Assembly (NCBI GenBank): GCA_048939765.1
Contig: JBHLPF010000014.1
Span: 24,722-66,236 of the forward strand
Source of the DNA: Promethearchaeota archaeon
Lineage (GTDB): Archaea > Asgardarchaeota > Thorarchaeia > Thorarchaeales > Thorarchaeaceae
Length of the DNA stretch: 41,515 nucleotides
Reading direction: 5' to 3'
Shown here piece after piece: positions 17,531-27,820 of the stretch. The notes beneath the pieces were generated by a model. That model saw only the letters and a program-made list of their open reading frames with translations, searched no databases and was not told where the DNA came from. The first letter of the stretch is position 1. Every line of letters starts with the position of its first letter. A program made the translations under genes and the position numbers.

Positions 17531-18085
17531 GTGAATGAATTGGAATACACAGTCTTTGAAACCGCCTTTGGGCATATGGGAATCGTATACAGGACGACTG
17601 ACACCTCTGCTAAAGCAGTACACATCTTGCTGCCTCGGAGTAAAAGAGAAACACAAGGCATCATCAAAGTGCTGTTTCCTCAGGCACTGAAATCGGATGG
17701 TGATGGAGTATCAGAGCTTCGAAAGCGAATTCAGAATTTCTTTCTCCGTGACCCGAATCCTATTCCGTTGAGTCTTGTTGACACCTCCATATGTAGGCCC
17801 TTTCAGCTATCGGTCTTGAGGGAAGAACATGCAGTTCCCCGAGGCAAGACTTCATCATATGGGCGAATCGCCAATCATTTGAACTCTCGTGCTGTCCGTG
17901 CAGTTGGCAACGCACTGGCAAGGAATCCCTTTCCCATTGTGGTTCCCTGTCATCGAGCCGTTCGTTCTGACCGGACATTAGGCGGATATCAAGGCGGGCT
18001 TGAGATGAAACGACAGATTCTTTCAATGGAAGGAGTCGAGTTTGACTCCCAAGGAAGAGTGTTACCTGTATGCTTTCTAGGCTGA
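17531..18085 (+). CDS. ogt: Methylated-DNA--protein-cysteine methyltransferase (MGMT)
   Basis: RAVGNALARNP and PCHR active site; GGYQGG..K..L..E. Confidence 0.92.
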   Translation: MNELEYTVFETAFGHMGIVYRTTDTSAKAVHILLPRSKRETQGIIKVLFPQALKSDGDGVSELRKRIQNFFLRDPNPIPLSLVDTSICRPFQLSVLREEHAVPRGKTSSYGRIANHLNSRAVRAVGNALARNPFPIVVPCHRAVRSDRTLGGYQGGLEMKRQILSMEGVEFDSQGRVLPVCFLG

Positions 18086-18088
18086 TCG

Positions 18089-18120
18089 TACATGATAATC
18101 GTGGACATGATTCTCATGTA
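18089..18120. terminator. 12-bp inverted repeat (1 mismatch) just after ogt; possible terminator or operator
   Basis: TACATGATAATC-N8-GATTCTCATGTA. Confidence 0.35.
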
Positions 18121-18250
18121 GGTCCAATTTGCAGGCCTGGGGTTTCCTATTCTCTGACGAAGGCACCTGCTGAGCCTCCTACCTGACCTATTCCTTTCCT
18201 CAATTGATTCAGGCATCAGACCTAAATACCTGTAGGACTCGAAAGGCAGT

Positions 18251-19465
18251 ATGGCTCGCATTGTAGTAATTGGCGGATGTGGAACTGTCGGAAGTATTGC
18301 TGTGAAGACACTAGCCGCGTATGATGACTTCTCAGAGATAGTGGTTGCTGATCTTGACTATGAAGGAGCACAGACATGCGCTGCAGAGGTGGATGAAGAC
18401 AGATGCTCAGCCATTTTGGTTGATGCCACGAATCCGGACAACATTAAGGAAGTAATCAGAGGTGCGGACATCGTTCTCAATGTGTGTGGCCCTTTCTACA
18501 AGCTTGGGCCAATAGTTCTCAAGGCAGTCATTGAGGAGGGCATCAACTATGTTGATGTCTGTGATGATTTCGACGCTACCCAGCTTCTACTAGAGATGGA
18601 TGAGGCGGCTAAGAAAGCTGGAATTATAGCTCTGACGGGAATGGGCGGGTCACCAGGCATAGCGAACCTCCTTGCGAAGTTCTGTGCTGACGTATTGCTT
18701 GATGAGGTGGACTCAATTGATATCCTTCACGTGCATGGGGGTGACGTGCGAGAAGGGCCTGCAGTCATTGCACATAGAATTCATAGTATGCTCGCAGACA
18801 TCCCAATGTATCTGGACGGAGAATTTACCACTGTGAAGTACTTCGAAGAGAGCGGTGTTGCATTGGAGGAGGAAATTGACTATCCCTTGATTGGGAAATA
18901 TAGAAGCTACTGCTATCCTCATCCTGAAACCATTACCCTGCCTAAGTACATCAAGTGCAACAGAGTGACAAATCTTGGTTGCGTCATCCCACCAGAGTAC
19001 TACAACTTGATACGTGATGTCGTACGGCTTGGAATGGTCAGTGAGGAGCCGATTGATGTCAGAGGCCAGCAGGTTATCCCCTTCAATTTCGCTATCTCCT
19101 TTATTCTCAAAGAACGGGGACGCATTCTTAGGGAAACAGACTTCGGAGAACAGAGAGGTGCTTTGAAGATTAGGGTTCGTGGAACACTTGATGGTAAACC
19201 CCATGAATATGATTTCACAATGGCATCAGTTGGACGAGCCATGGGCGACTCAACTGGCATTCCAGCAGCACTTGGCGCAATTCTCATGCAAAGGGGCAAA
19301 GTAACAGGAAATGGGGTGCTGCCTCCTGAAGGCTGCGTTGTCCCTATGGACCTACTCCTCATGATGAAGGATGTTCTTGGTCTGGAGGAGGTCACAGGGA
19401 AGGGCTCCCCACTCATAATTGAGTCGATCAATCATGAAGGGAAGGTTGAGAAAATCGACATCTAG
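18251..19465 (+). CDS. Saccharopine dehydrogenase-like NAD(P)-dependent oxidoreductase
   Basis: GGCGTVG Rossmann motif, NVCGPFY, YVDVCDD, G.SPG and HPETITLP motifs. Confidence 0.88.
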   Translation: MARIVVIGGCGTVGSIAVKTLAAYDDFSEIVVADLDYEGAQTCAAEVDEDRCSAILVDATNPDNIKEVIRGADIVLNVCGPFYKLGPIVLKAVIEEGINYVDVCDDFDATQLLLEMDEAAKKAGIIALTGMGGSPGIANLLAKFCADVLLDEVDSIDILHVHGGDVREGPAVIAHRIHSMLADIPMYLDGEFTTVKYFEESGVALEEEIDYPLIGKYRSYCYPHPETITLPKYIKCNRVTNLGCVIPPEYYNLIRDVVRLGMVSEEPIDVRGQQVIPFNFAISFILKERGRILRETDFGEQRGALKIRVRGTLDGKPHEYDFTMASVGRAMGDSTGIPAALGAILMQRGKVTGNGVLPPEGCVVPMDLLLMMKDVLGLEEVTGKGSPLIIESINHEGKVEKIDI

Positions 19466-19516
19466 TCCTCTCGAATCTCATATATGACCGTTTGACAAGC
19501 CATACTGTGATTCAGG

Positions 19517-21097
19517 ATGGCGACTAGTGATAACAAATACCTCCTTGCAGTCGATCATGGCACATCTGCGATGAAGATCGCATTGACGGACTCATGCGGA
19601 GAGGTTTTGGCATTTGAGTATGAAGGAATCCCACTTGAGCTAATAGAAGGTGGCGGTGCTGAGCAAGACCCAGATGTATGGTGGACTGCTCTCAAGAACT
19701 GCTCTAGGCGTCTTGTTGAGGGCAATCATGTGCCAGTGGATCGGATTGCAGGGATATCGGTCTCAAGCCAATGGTCCGGCACCGTGGCTGTTGACGAAGC
19801 TGGCAATCACCTCTGGAAGGCTATAATCTGGATGGACACCAGAGGAAAACCGTACATCTCAAAGAAGTTGAGAGGTATCATCAACATTCAAGGCTATGGC
19901 ATTCTCAATATACTACGCTGGCTTAGAAAGACAGCCGGAATCCCTACGAATAGTGGAAAAGACCCAATCGCCCATATCTTCTGGCTCCAGAACGAGCATC
20001 CTGAGGTCTACGAGAAGACCTTCAACTTTCTTGAATGTAAGGACTACCTCAACCTCAAGCTGACAGGGAAGTTTGCTGCCTCCTATGATTCTATTATGCT
20101 CCATTGGGTTACCGATATACGTGATATTTCCAACATGAAATATGACAATGGACTGATCAAAAAGCTCGGCATCCATCGTGAGAAACTCCCGCCTTTGAAG
20201 CACTCTACAGACATTCTAGGTGATTTGAAAGCAGACGTTGCTGATGAGATTGGCCTCAATCCAGAGACCAAGGTCGTAGTAGGCTCAGCAGACATTCATT
20301 CTGCAATCGTCGGATCGGGAGCAGTGCAGAACTACGAGGGGCATGTCTATATTGGTACTAGTAGTTGGGTGGTCTGCCATGTTCCATTCAAAAAGACCGA
20401 TATATCACATAACATGGCTTCACTACCTTCTGCAATCCCGGGAAGATACTTTATTGCGAACACGCAAGAATCGGCTGGTGCATGCTTAACATTTCTCCGG
20501 GATAACCTGTTTTTCACTGATGATCCCAAACGCTTTGGCAAATATGAGGTCTACCAAGAGTTTGATTCCATTGTTGAGCAGGTGCCAGCTGGTAGTAACA
20601 AGTTGATTTTTACACCCTGGCTTTATGGAGAACGAACTCCTGTTGAGGACCACACTTTAAGGGGCGGCTTCCATAATGTATCGCTTCCCATAAAGCGGGA
20701 GGACATGATTCGTGCTGTGTTTGAGGGAGTTGCATACAACAGCAGATGGCTCATGGAACTGGTTGAGAAATTCATCAAGAGAAAGATGGACCCGCTAAAC
20801 ATCATTGGTGGAGGAGCCCAGTCTGACATCTGGTGTCAGATTTATGCCGACGTTCTCAATCGCACTATTCGTAGAATCAAGGATCCAATCTATGCCAATG
20901 CAAGAGGCGCTGCCCTCATAGGAGCCGTAGCTCTTGGACTATGCTCTTTTGACGAAATCCCAAGTCTCATTCAGTTTGAGAAGGAGTTCACCCCGAATCC
21001 TGACAATCGGGCGCTCTACGATGAGTTGTTCAAAGAGTTTCTTAATATTTACAAGAATAACGTGAAGATGTACAAGAGATTGAACAGGAGCGGGTGA
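19517..21097 (+). CDS. FGGY-family carbohydrate kinase (xylulokinase-like)
   Basis: DHGTS, EQDP..WW, WMDTR, GTSSW, GERTP, RAVFEGVAY and GGGAQS motifs. Confidence 0.9.
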   Translation: MATSDNKYLLAVDHGTSAMKIALTDSCGEVLAFEYEGIPLELIEGGGAEQDPDVWWTALKNCSRRLVEGNHVPVDRIAGISVSSQWSGTVAVDEAGNHLWKAIIWMDTRGKPYISKKLRGIINIQGYGILNILRWLRKTAGIPTNSGKDPIAHIFWLQNEHPEVYEKTFNFLECKDYLNLKLTGKFAASYDSIMLHWVTDIRDISNMKYDNGLIKKLGIHREKLPPLKHSTDILGDLKADVADEIGLNPETKVVVGSADIHSAIVGSGAVQNYEGHVYIGTSSWVVCHVPFKKTDISHNMASLPSAIPGRYFIANTQESAGACLTFLRDNLFFTDDPKRFGKYEVYQEFDSIVEQVPAGSNKLIFTPWLYGERTPVEDHTLRGGFHNVSLPIKREDMIRAVFEGVAYNSRWLMELVEKFIKRKMDPLNIIGGGAQSDIWCQIYADVLNRTIRRIKDPIYANARGAALIGAVALGLCSFDEIPSLIQFEKEFTPNPDNRALYDELFKEFLNIYKNNVKMYKRLNRSG

Positions 21098-21612
21098 TAG
21101 TGCCTATGTGGGATTTCTCCTTCGATTTCATTGAGAAGGAGGTCAGAAAGAAGACATTCGGAGTTCTTTCTGCAGTAGATGCAAATGGGCAACCACATTC
21201 CACTGGAGTCTTGTATGGAGTGTCACCGCCTGAATCGAAATTCGCCCTGTTTGTAGTCACCTCAGAAAGCTCTGCCAAAGTCCGGCACATAAGACGGAAT
21301 CCCAATGTATCCTTGGTCGTGACCTTTCCCCACTACTATATCCGCTTTGCACCAGCAAGCTACGTGATGTTCAGAGGAACTGCTGAGTTTGTGCCCCTAG
21401 ATGACTCAGATGGCCAATGGGCGTTTAATCAGAAGAGGATACTGAGGATGAATCAGGGAGTTGACCCTGAGATTCTCAAGACGGCATTATTCATAAGGAT
21501 TAATCCAGAGCCTACTGTTTTTTGCTATGGTGTGGGAATTGGAATCATGGAGCTCCGAAGAGAGCATATTGAAGGAGATTACAAGGTAGTTATCCCTTCT
21601 GATAGATTATAG
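21094..21612 (+). CDS. Pyridoxamine 5'-phosphate oxidase-like (split-barrel flavin-binding) protein
   Basis: VLSAVD..GQPH and S.KVRHIRRNPNVSL motifs; GTGA overlap with the kinase stop. Confidence 0.8.
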   Translation: MIVPMWDFSFDFIEKEVRKKTFGVLSAVDANGQPHSTGVLYGVSPPESKFALFVVTSESSAKVRHIRRNPNVSLVVTFPHYYIRFAPASYVMFRGTAEFVPLDDSDGQWAFNQKRILRMNQGVDPEILKTALFIRINPEPTVFCYGVGIGIMELRREHIEGDYKVVIPSDRL

Positions 21613-21657
21613 AGAAGGGGGCTAGCAACCCATCCATCTCTTTTTGGTGCTGCTTTT

Positions 21658-22665
21658 CTATGATTCCAGGAATCGACGAAGAGCTCTGAGTGCACGAAGT
21701 GTTATCCATTTGGATGGTCGTCCCTTGACATCAATGTCGCACAGCATCTTCCCATTGTAGCTGTTCTTTAGTGGCCACTTACCATCCTTTCCTCGTGTTT
21801 CAACTACGAAGTCGATTGAATCCTGCATCCGCTTGTCTTTGACTCCAAGAGCGGTAAGTACATCTAAGACTTCAAGCATGTCTGATTGATAGAAGAGTGG
21901 GAACCCGAAGCGCTTCCATCCTGCCTTTTCTTTTCTAGTTCCATCTGAATTCTTCAGATATTTGTAGACCTCATTCTCAAGTATGACTTCTATTTCATTG
22001 TCAATGATTGCACTGATCTCCTTTGATCTCGCTTTCCCAGGAATAGAAGAGAGCCCTCGAAGCATCTTTACCCTGCCCATGAAGCAATTCACCGGGAACA
22101 CCTTCGTTGGGTCAATAGGAAACGCCCTACACTTCCATCCACCGTTTGTGTCATCGTAATAGTCTACCTGGAAGTCGATTAGTCTCTGAACCCGAGGGTC
22201 TTCAAGATATCCGAAGTGCAGCAAGTAGTATAGGATGTTCCCATCAAGACAGCACCCATCCTTTACAACACTAGCTTTACCCTTTGCAGTCTTGGGCAGG
22301 TCTCCGAGAAAGTGCCCAGAGTCGCGTTGAAATTGGAATAGGTGTTCTATAGCTCTCTCAATCCCACCTGTCCTTTTCGCTCCCAATTCTGCTAGAATGA
22401 GGAGACTATGCGTAGCGCCTCTATATTTCGGGTTGTACATGTCGTCTGGGTTTCCCCAGAAATCATCAGTGGTCTGAGCTGCCAAGATTGCTTTCACACA
22501 ATCGGACTTCATGATATTCTCTTGGGCTTCAATGACAGAAGCATCAGACCTGGGCCTATCTTGAAGTTGCTGCAGCGCCCAAAACCTGACACTTGGATCC
22601 TTCTCCTCCAAGAGCCATTCAAGTACATCCTCGTTCAATAGCTCCTCAAGACTCATGCCCTTCAC
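21658..22665 (-). CDS. Prenyltransferase/squalene-cyclase-repeat (alpha/alpha barrel) protein
   Basis: QW-like repeats (AQTTDDFW, FQRDSGHF, GGWKC, DGKW), FGFPLFY and SKWITL motifs. Confidence 0.65.
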   Translation of the reverse strand: MKGMSLEELLNEDVLEWLLEEKDPSVRFWALQQLQDRPRSDASVIEAQENIMKSDCVKAILAAQTTDDFWGNPDDMYNPKYRGATHSLLILAELGAKRTGGIERAIEHLFQFQRDSGHFLGDLPKTAKGKASVVKDGCCLDGNILYYLLHFGYLEDPRVQRLIDFQVDYYDDTNGGWKCRAFPIDPTKVFPVNCFMGRVKMLRGLSSIPGKARSKEISAIIDNEIEVILENEVYKYLKNSDGTRKEKAGWKRFGFPLFYQSDMLEVLDVLTALGVKDKRMQDSIDFVVETRGKDGKWPLKNSYNGKMLCDIDVKGRPSKWITLRALRALRRFLES

Positions 22666-22702
22666 TGGGAATCACGAGCTAATAAGAATGCCCGACTGCG
22701 CT

Positions 22703-23758
22703 CTATTCGGCATCCATCCAAGGTATTACCTCGTTGTCACGTCCCTCAAGCGTCTTGTTAACAAATTCAGGGTCCGCCAAAAGGGCACGACCTACACCCA
22801 ACAGGTCGCAATTGTCTTCCATCATGACTCTGCGAGCGAACTGGGGCGTTCTCACCATGCCCACTCCTATCACCGGCACTCCTACATGGGGTTTGATCTC
22901 TCGTGCCACGGGAATACAGCAGTCATATGGATACCCCCTTAGAAATTCTGGCATTGTTTCTTCATTGAATATTGGAGGTATTCCAGGATTATAGGTTTCA
23001 TCGACAACACAAGAGACATGCAGTGCATCAATCCCTGCCTTCTCAACAATCTTCGAGATCTGAATCCCTTCCTCGAGAGTGATCCCATCCACCACATTCT
23101 CGATTCCATTTATTCGAAGAATGACTGGATAGTCACCTAGTTCTTCCCGAATCCTTTGAACGACATCAACAGTGAACTTGGCCTTGTTCCTTGTCGAGCC
23201 CCCGTATTCGTCTTCTCTTCGATTTGTGTAGGATGAGAGGAACGCGCTAAGCAGATAGAAGTGCGCTCCATGGACCTCTACTCCATCAAAGCCTGCAGTC
23301 TGTGCCCTTCTGGCTGCATCCACAAACATCTCCCCTATGTCCTCAATCTCATCAACTGATAACGGCTCAGGAATCCTGTTCTTAATGACTGGTATGTTCG
23401 ATGGGCCAACGAATCGCTTTTGAAAGTGAGCTTTTGGACCTGAGTGGTTTATCTGAATGAATGCTCGCGCCCCATGAGTCTTGATGCCGTCAGCGAGCTT
23501 CTTGAGGCCTGGAATGAGTTTGTCATCGTAAATGCCCACATTCCTGCTCAATATGCGGTGTTCCCATGTAATCGCTGCAGCCTCGACTATAATGAGCCCC
23601 ATTCCGCCCTTGCTTATTGCTGCATAGTGCTGAATTAGCTCATCAGTTATTCTGCCGTCTTCGGTACAGAGGTTTCTTACCATAGGAGGTAGAACAAAGC
23701 GATTCTTCACCTGCATCGCTGCAATATCGATTGGATCGGCAAGGTCAACCATTAGCAT
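22703..23758 (-). CDS. NADH:flavin oxidoreductase (Old Yellow Enzyme family)
   Basis: KNRFVLPPM, QINHSG, AGFDGVEVHGAH.YLL, NRREDEYGGS and GRALLADP motifs. Confidence 0.92.
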   Translation of the reverse strand: MLMVDLADPIDIAAMQVKNRFVLPPMVRNLCTEDGRITDELIQHYAAISKGGMGLIIVEAAAITWEHRILSRNVGIYDDKLIPGLKKLADGIKTHGARAFIQINHSGPKAHFQKRFVGPSNIPVIKNRIPEPLSVDEIEDIGEMFVDAARRAQTAGFDGVEVHGAHFYLLSAFLSSYTNRREDEYGGSTRNKAKFTVDVVQRIREELGDYPVILRINGIENVVDGITLEEGIQISKIVEKAGIDALHVSCVVDETYNPGIPPIFNEETMPEFLRGYPYDCCIPVAREIKPHVGVPVIGVGMVRTPQFARRVMMEDNCDLLGVGRALLADPEFVNKTLEGRDNEVIPWMDAE

Positions 23759-23795
23759 GTCCTCTCATTCAGCATTCATTTCGGTCACTCAAAGT

Positions 23796-25100
23796 CTATA
23801 GGTCAAATCCAGTCTTGCCGGAGCCCCACGCATCCATAGCTTTCTTGAGCTCGTCATGCTCTGCAGCTGCCTTCTTCAACGAAATACCGTTCATCTTCGC
23901 ATCAATGGCCTGCCTAAACGCCCTGGCACCAGCGGTTGGCCCGTCGGGATGCGCGTGAATACCAGCACCTGTACCAATGACAATATCAGGGCCCAAGTCG
24001 TCAATCACTTCGTCGACGTGGCCCGGACTTATCCCGCCGCTTGGCATTGGAGCCGTCTGTTCAATGTGATGTAGCGGCATCACCATTTCGTGTGCCATTC
24101 TCAGGAATCTCTCCTTGAGCATCGGTGCCTTGCCATAAGGCGCAGGGAACACTGTTATGTCAGACCCGCAGATTCGAGGGAGTTTTCCAATCACGATATT
24201 CGTCCCAATGCCGATGTTTGGGGCATATGACATGGCCCCTGTGATGTCCATATGGGCCAGGACCGGGACATTGATTGAAGGGTCTTCACACACATGACGA
24301 AATGCCGAATAGCCTACAGCTAGGAAGTTGATCATGAGACCGTTGGTACCAAGCTCTATAGCTCTCTCGGCATTCTCAAACAGCTTTGGCACACTGTCAG
24401 TGATATTGATTGTGAGAAGGGTCTTCTCGCCCTTCTCGGAGTCTGCACGGTCGATGGCGTCCATGAAGAGGGGGATTCTCTCTTCCAGTGTATTGAAGCT
24501 TGCATCTGCAAGAAGCTCATCGTCCTTGATTATGTCTGCGCCTCCAACTGCCGCTTGATAGCAGAGGTCTGCGCCCATCTTTGCAGATGTGTACACACAA
24601 GGCTTGATCATGTTGTTGACAAATGGTCGTTTCTTGATTCCAAGGAGTCTCCTCAGCCCCTTGATCCCGAACTTTGGGCCCTTGAATCCCTTTAGCCAGC
24701 TCTTTGGGAACCTCATGTCCAGACACTTGATGGGTCCTAGGGAGATGTTTCCTATCACAGTGGACAGCAGCATAGGTATCTGCTGACCAAAGTTCTCCCA
24801 TGGGAACGCTATCTGAATGATGTAATGTCGCCTGTCTAGATCGCTCGGGAGACTGAACTCGTACTGCGGAGTTTCGTAGATGCCAATGACTTTGGCCACA
24901 TGCCTCTTTCGCACTGCAGGAGTTTCTCCTGGAACAAGCGTCCAAGTACCCGTGCTCTGTTCGACAGCTGCCCCTCTAGCCAGTTCTCTGACATCCAGAA
25001 ATGGCGGCAATCTCGTGTAATAGGTACAGATCACATGCTTCTCAACATCAATCGAGTCCGGTAACGCTTCAGGTTCTGCTTCCAAGGGCATTCTATCCAT
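23796..25100 (-). CDS. RuBisCO-like protein (form IV RLP)
   Basis: EQSTGTW, GPKFGI.G.R, IKP, GADIIKDDE, PSGG and G.GIHAHP motifs. K177, R295 and H327 equivalents are not conserved, so it is not a true RuBisCO. Confidence 0.9.
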   Translation of the reverse strand: MDRMPLEAEPEALPDSIDVEKHVICTYYTRLPPFLDVRELARGAAVEQSTGTWTLVPGETPAVRKRHVAKVIGIYETPQYEFSLPSDLDRRHYIIQIAFPWENFGQQIPMLLSTVIGNISLGPIKCLDMRFPKSWLKGFKGPKFGIKGLRRLLGIKKRPFVNNMIKPCVYTSAKMGADLCYQAAVGGADIIKDDELLADASFNTLEERIPLFMDAIDRADSEKGEKTLLTINITDSVPKLFENAERAIELGTNGLMINFLAVGYSAFRHVCEDPSINVPVLAHMDITGAMSYAPNIGIGTNIVIGKLPRICGSDITVFPAPYGKAPMLKERFLRMAHEMVMPLHHIEQTAPMPSGGISPGHVDEVIDDLGPDIVIGTGAGIHAHPDGPTAGARAFRQAIDAKMNGISLKKAAAEHDELKKAMDAWGSGKTGFDL

Positions 25101-25262
25101 GATTATCAGCCAGCAGAGATGGGAGTAAACCCCGTCTTATGTCCTTTTGGCCTTAGGATCAAAAATGCATCTGCTTCTTCTACTCGAATCTGTCATAGAG
25201 TCTGGTTTATCAGTGAGGATATTTGGGTTAATCACCGTAGGAATGCAGTTGATAGGTGCATT

Positions 25263-26867
25263 ATGATGATTCATATATCCGAGATTGCTAAACGGGCAGG
25301 TATTCCGGATGAGTACGTGGAGCAATATGGGAAATATATGGCAAAGATCGACCTGAAACTCAGGAAGAATCTGGGCGAGAGAAAAGGCAAGCTGATTCTT
25401 GTTACTGCAACCAATCCAACACCGGCTGGAGAAGGAAAGACGACGAACTCAATAGGCCTGTCTATGGCCCTTAATGCTCTGGGGCACAATGCGGTTGTGA
25501 CTCTGAGGGAGCCCTCACTCGGTCCAGTTTTCGGGGTGAAAGGGGGTGCTGCTGGAGGCGGGAAATCTAGGGTATTGCCATTCGAACAAATCAACCTAAT
25601 GTTTACAGCTGACTTCCCTGCAGTTTCAGCAGCAGGCAATCTTCTCTCTGCAATGATAGACAACTACATACACCATGATCACCAACCAGAGATTGATGTG
25701 AGACGCATTTACTGGCCGCGAAATCTAGACATGAATGACCGTGCTCTGAGGAAGGTGATTGTAGGTCTCGGTGGCAGATTCGATGGATTTCCGAGGGAGG
25801 ACGCCTTTGTCATCACTGCAGCGTCAGAGGTGATGGCTATTCTAGGTCTCTCAAAAGACTACATGGACTTGAAGGAACGGCTTGGAAACATTCTCATCGC
25901 GAGGTCAGAGCAGCTTAAGGAGATGTTTGCAAAGGATGTGAAGGCTGAAGGCGCGATGACGGTTCTGCTTCGTGATGCACTCAAACCCAATTTGGTGCAA
26001 ACTATCGAAGGCACACCTGCATTCATTCATACTGGTCCCTTTGCAAACATCGCTCATGGCACCAGCTCAATCATTGCCACCGACATAGCATTGCGGCTCT
26101 TTGACTATGTTGTGATTGAGGCTGGATTTGGTGCAGACTTGGGGGCGGAGAAATTCTTCAACATCGTGACTCGTGCAGGTGAGTTCGGTGTCGATGCATG
26201 TGTGGTGATAACAACAATCCGTGCACTCAAGGACCACGGAAAAGATGACCTTGAGAAGGGCTTTCCAAATCTTGAGAAGCATATGGAGAACATAAAGAGC
26301 TTTGGAGTCCCTGCAGTTGTTGCACTGAACAGATTCCCAGATGACACCGAAGAGGAGATTGAGATTCTGCGTAAATTCTGCAAGGAGCGGGGTTGGAAGA
26401 TGGAGGTTTCTGAGGTCTTTGCCAAGGGGAGCGAGGGAGGTAAGTCCCTTGCTGAAGCAGTAATTCAAACAATCAAGAAGAATCCAACGAGTGGTATCAA
26501 CTACACGTATGACCTCGAGGATCCAATCATGACCAAGATATTGAAAGTTGCACAGAAGATCTACGGAGCTGATGATGTAGAGTATACAGCAGGAGCTCGC
26601 GGGAGAATTCGTTCACTCGAGAAGCGCGGATATGGCAATCTCCCAATCTGTGTTGCAAAGACCCAGTTCAGTCTGTCAGACTCGAAGAGCTTGAGAGGCA
26701 GACCTTCGGGATTCAATGTTGAGGTAGTTGGAGCTGATGTGAGTAATGGCGCTGGATTTGTAGTCATCTACATGGGTGATATCCGTCTAATGCCCGGCTT
26801 GCCCGAAGAACCTGCAGCAATCGGCATGGATGTCGATGAGGACGGAAATATATCCGGAGTCTTCTAG
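25263..26867 (+). CDS. fhs: Formate--tetrahydrofolate ligase
   Basis: TPAGEGKTT, KGGAAGGG, GPFANIAHG, EAGFGADLGAEKF, AKTQFSLSD and MPGL motifs. Start at 25263 or 25266 after AGGTG. Confidence 0.96.
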   Translation: MMIHISEIAKRAGIPDEYVEQYGKYMAKIDLKLRKNLGERKGKLILVTATNPTPAGEGKTTNSIGLSMALNALGHNAVVTLREPSLGPVFGVKGGAAGGGKSRVLPFEQINLMFTADFPAVSAAGNLLSAMIDNYIHHDHQPEIDVRRIYWPRNLDMNDRALRKVIVGLGGRFDGFPREDAFVITAASEVMAILGLSKDYMDLKERLGNILIARSEQLKEMFAKDVKAEGAMTVLLRDALKPNLVQTIEGTPAFIHTGPFANIAHGTSSIIATDIALRLFDYVVIEAGFGADLGAEKFFNIVTRAGEFGVDACVVITTIRALKDHGKDDLEKGFPNLEKHMENIKSFGVPAVVALNRFPDDTEEEIEILRKFCKERGWKMEVSEVFAKGSEGGKSLAEAVIQTIKKNPTSGINYTYDLEDPIMTKILKVAQKIYGADDVEYTAGARGRIRSLEKRGYGNLPICVAKTQFSLSDSKSLRGRPSGFNVEVVGADVSNGAGFVVIYMGDIRLMPGLPEEPAAIGMDVDEDGNISGVF

Positions 26868-26881
26868 CGGGGTGTAGGAAT

Positions 26882-27766
26882 ATGTCAGATGAAACCGAAC
26901 TGAAACCAATCTGTGAGGACCATGTGATAAAGGGCCGAAGGCTCTCCAAGAGGATTCGGAAGAAAATCAAGGCCGAGGTCGAGGCTCTCACAGCCAAGCA
27001 TAGCATTGCGCCCAAGCTTGTCACAATCATTGTTGGAGAGGACCCGGGCTCGCAGATGTACGTGCGCATGAAACACAAGGCATCAAACAAGGCAGGGATA
27101 CTCTCAGATCATCATGACTTGCCAGAGAGCACTACTCAGGAGGAGCTCTTGGCTCTCATCAAGAAACTCAATGATGACTTTGAGGTTCATGGCATCCTGG
27201 TCCAACTGCCTTTGCCAAAGCATATTGATGAGAAGGCGATTATTGGAGCTATTGAGCCCTTGAAGGATGTAGATGGCTTCTCTCCACAGAATATCTACAG
27301 ACTCTTCTATGGGGAGGAGAAACTCAGTTCTGCAACTCCTCATGGCATTGTCACTATGCTGGACCATCTCGGATGGGGTGACCTATCTGGAAAGCATGCA
27401 GTGATTGTAAACAGATCTACAATTGTGGGCAAGCCGCTCATATTTCTCCTATTGAATCGGAATGCAACTGTGACAGTATGCCATTCACGAACCGCAGACC
27501 TTCCGAGCTTCACAAGACAGGCTGATGTTCTTGTAACTGCGATTGGCCGAAGAGAGTCAGAGGCTGATCCATTCTTCATAACTCCCGAAATGGTCAAGGA
27601 GGGTGCAGTTGTTATAGATGTATCAACTCCACTTGGCGATGTTGACTTCGAGAAGGTAAAGGCGAAGGCACATTGCATCACGCCGGTGCCTGGAGGTGTA
27701 GGGCCCATGACTATCACCATGTTGCTTCAAAACGTGCTCGATGCCTTTACTGCCCAGGTTTCCTAG
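26882..27766 (+). CDS. folD: Methylenetetrahydrofolate dehydrogenase/cyclohydrolase
   Basis: YVRMK, HGILVQLPLP, KDVDG, RSTIVGKP, NATVTVCHS and TPVPGGVGPMT motifs. Confidence 0.95.
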   Translation: MSDETELKPICEDHVIKGRRLSKRIRKKIKAEVEALTAKHSIAPKLVTIIVGEDPGSQMYVRMKHKASNKAGILSDHHDLPESTTQEELLALIKKLNDDFEVHGILVQLPLPKHIDEKAIIGAIEPLKDVDGFSPQNIYRLFYGEEKLSSATPHGIVTMLDHLGWGDLSGKHAVIVNRSTIVGKPLIFLLLNRNATVTVCHSRTADLPSFTRQADVLVTAIGRRESEADPFFITPEMVKEGAVVIDVSTPLGDVDFEKVKAKAHCITPVPGGVGPMTITMLLQNVLDAFTAQVS

Positions 27767-27820
27767 TTCGTCAACACCATCCCAAACGCTTTTGTACATC
27801 GCTGTTCCGAGCGGGCACCG

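Noticed and set aside
21658-22665. Squalene-hopene or sterol cyclase
   Set aside because: Only a single ~335-aa barrel, with no DXDD or DCTAE catalytic motif.
23796-25100. CO2-fixing RuBisCO (form III)
   Set aside because: K177, R295 and H327 equivalents are substituted, which fits a form IV RLP.
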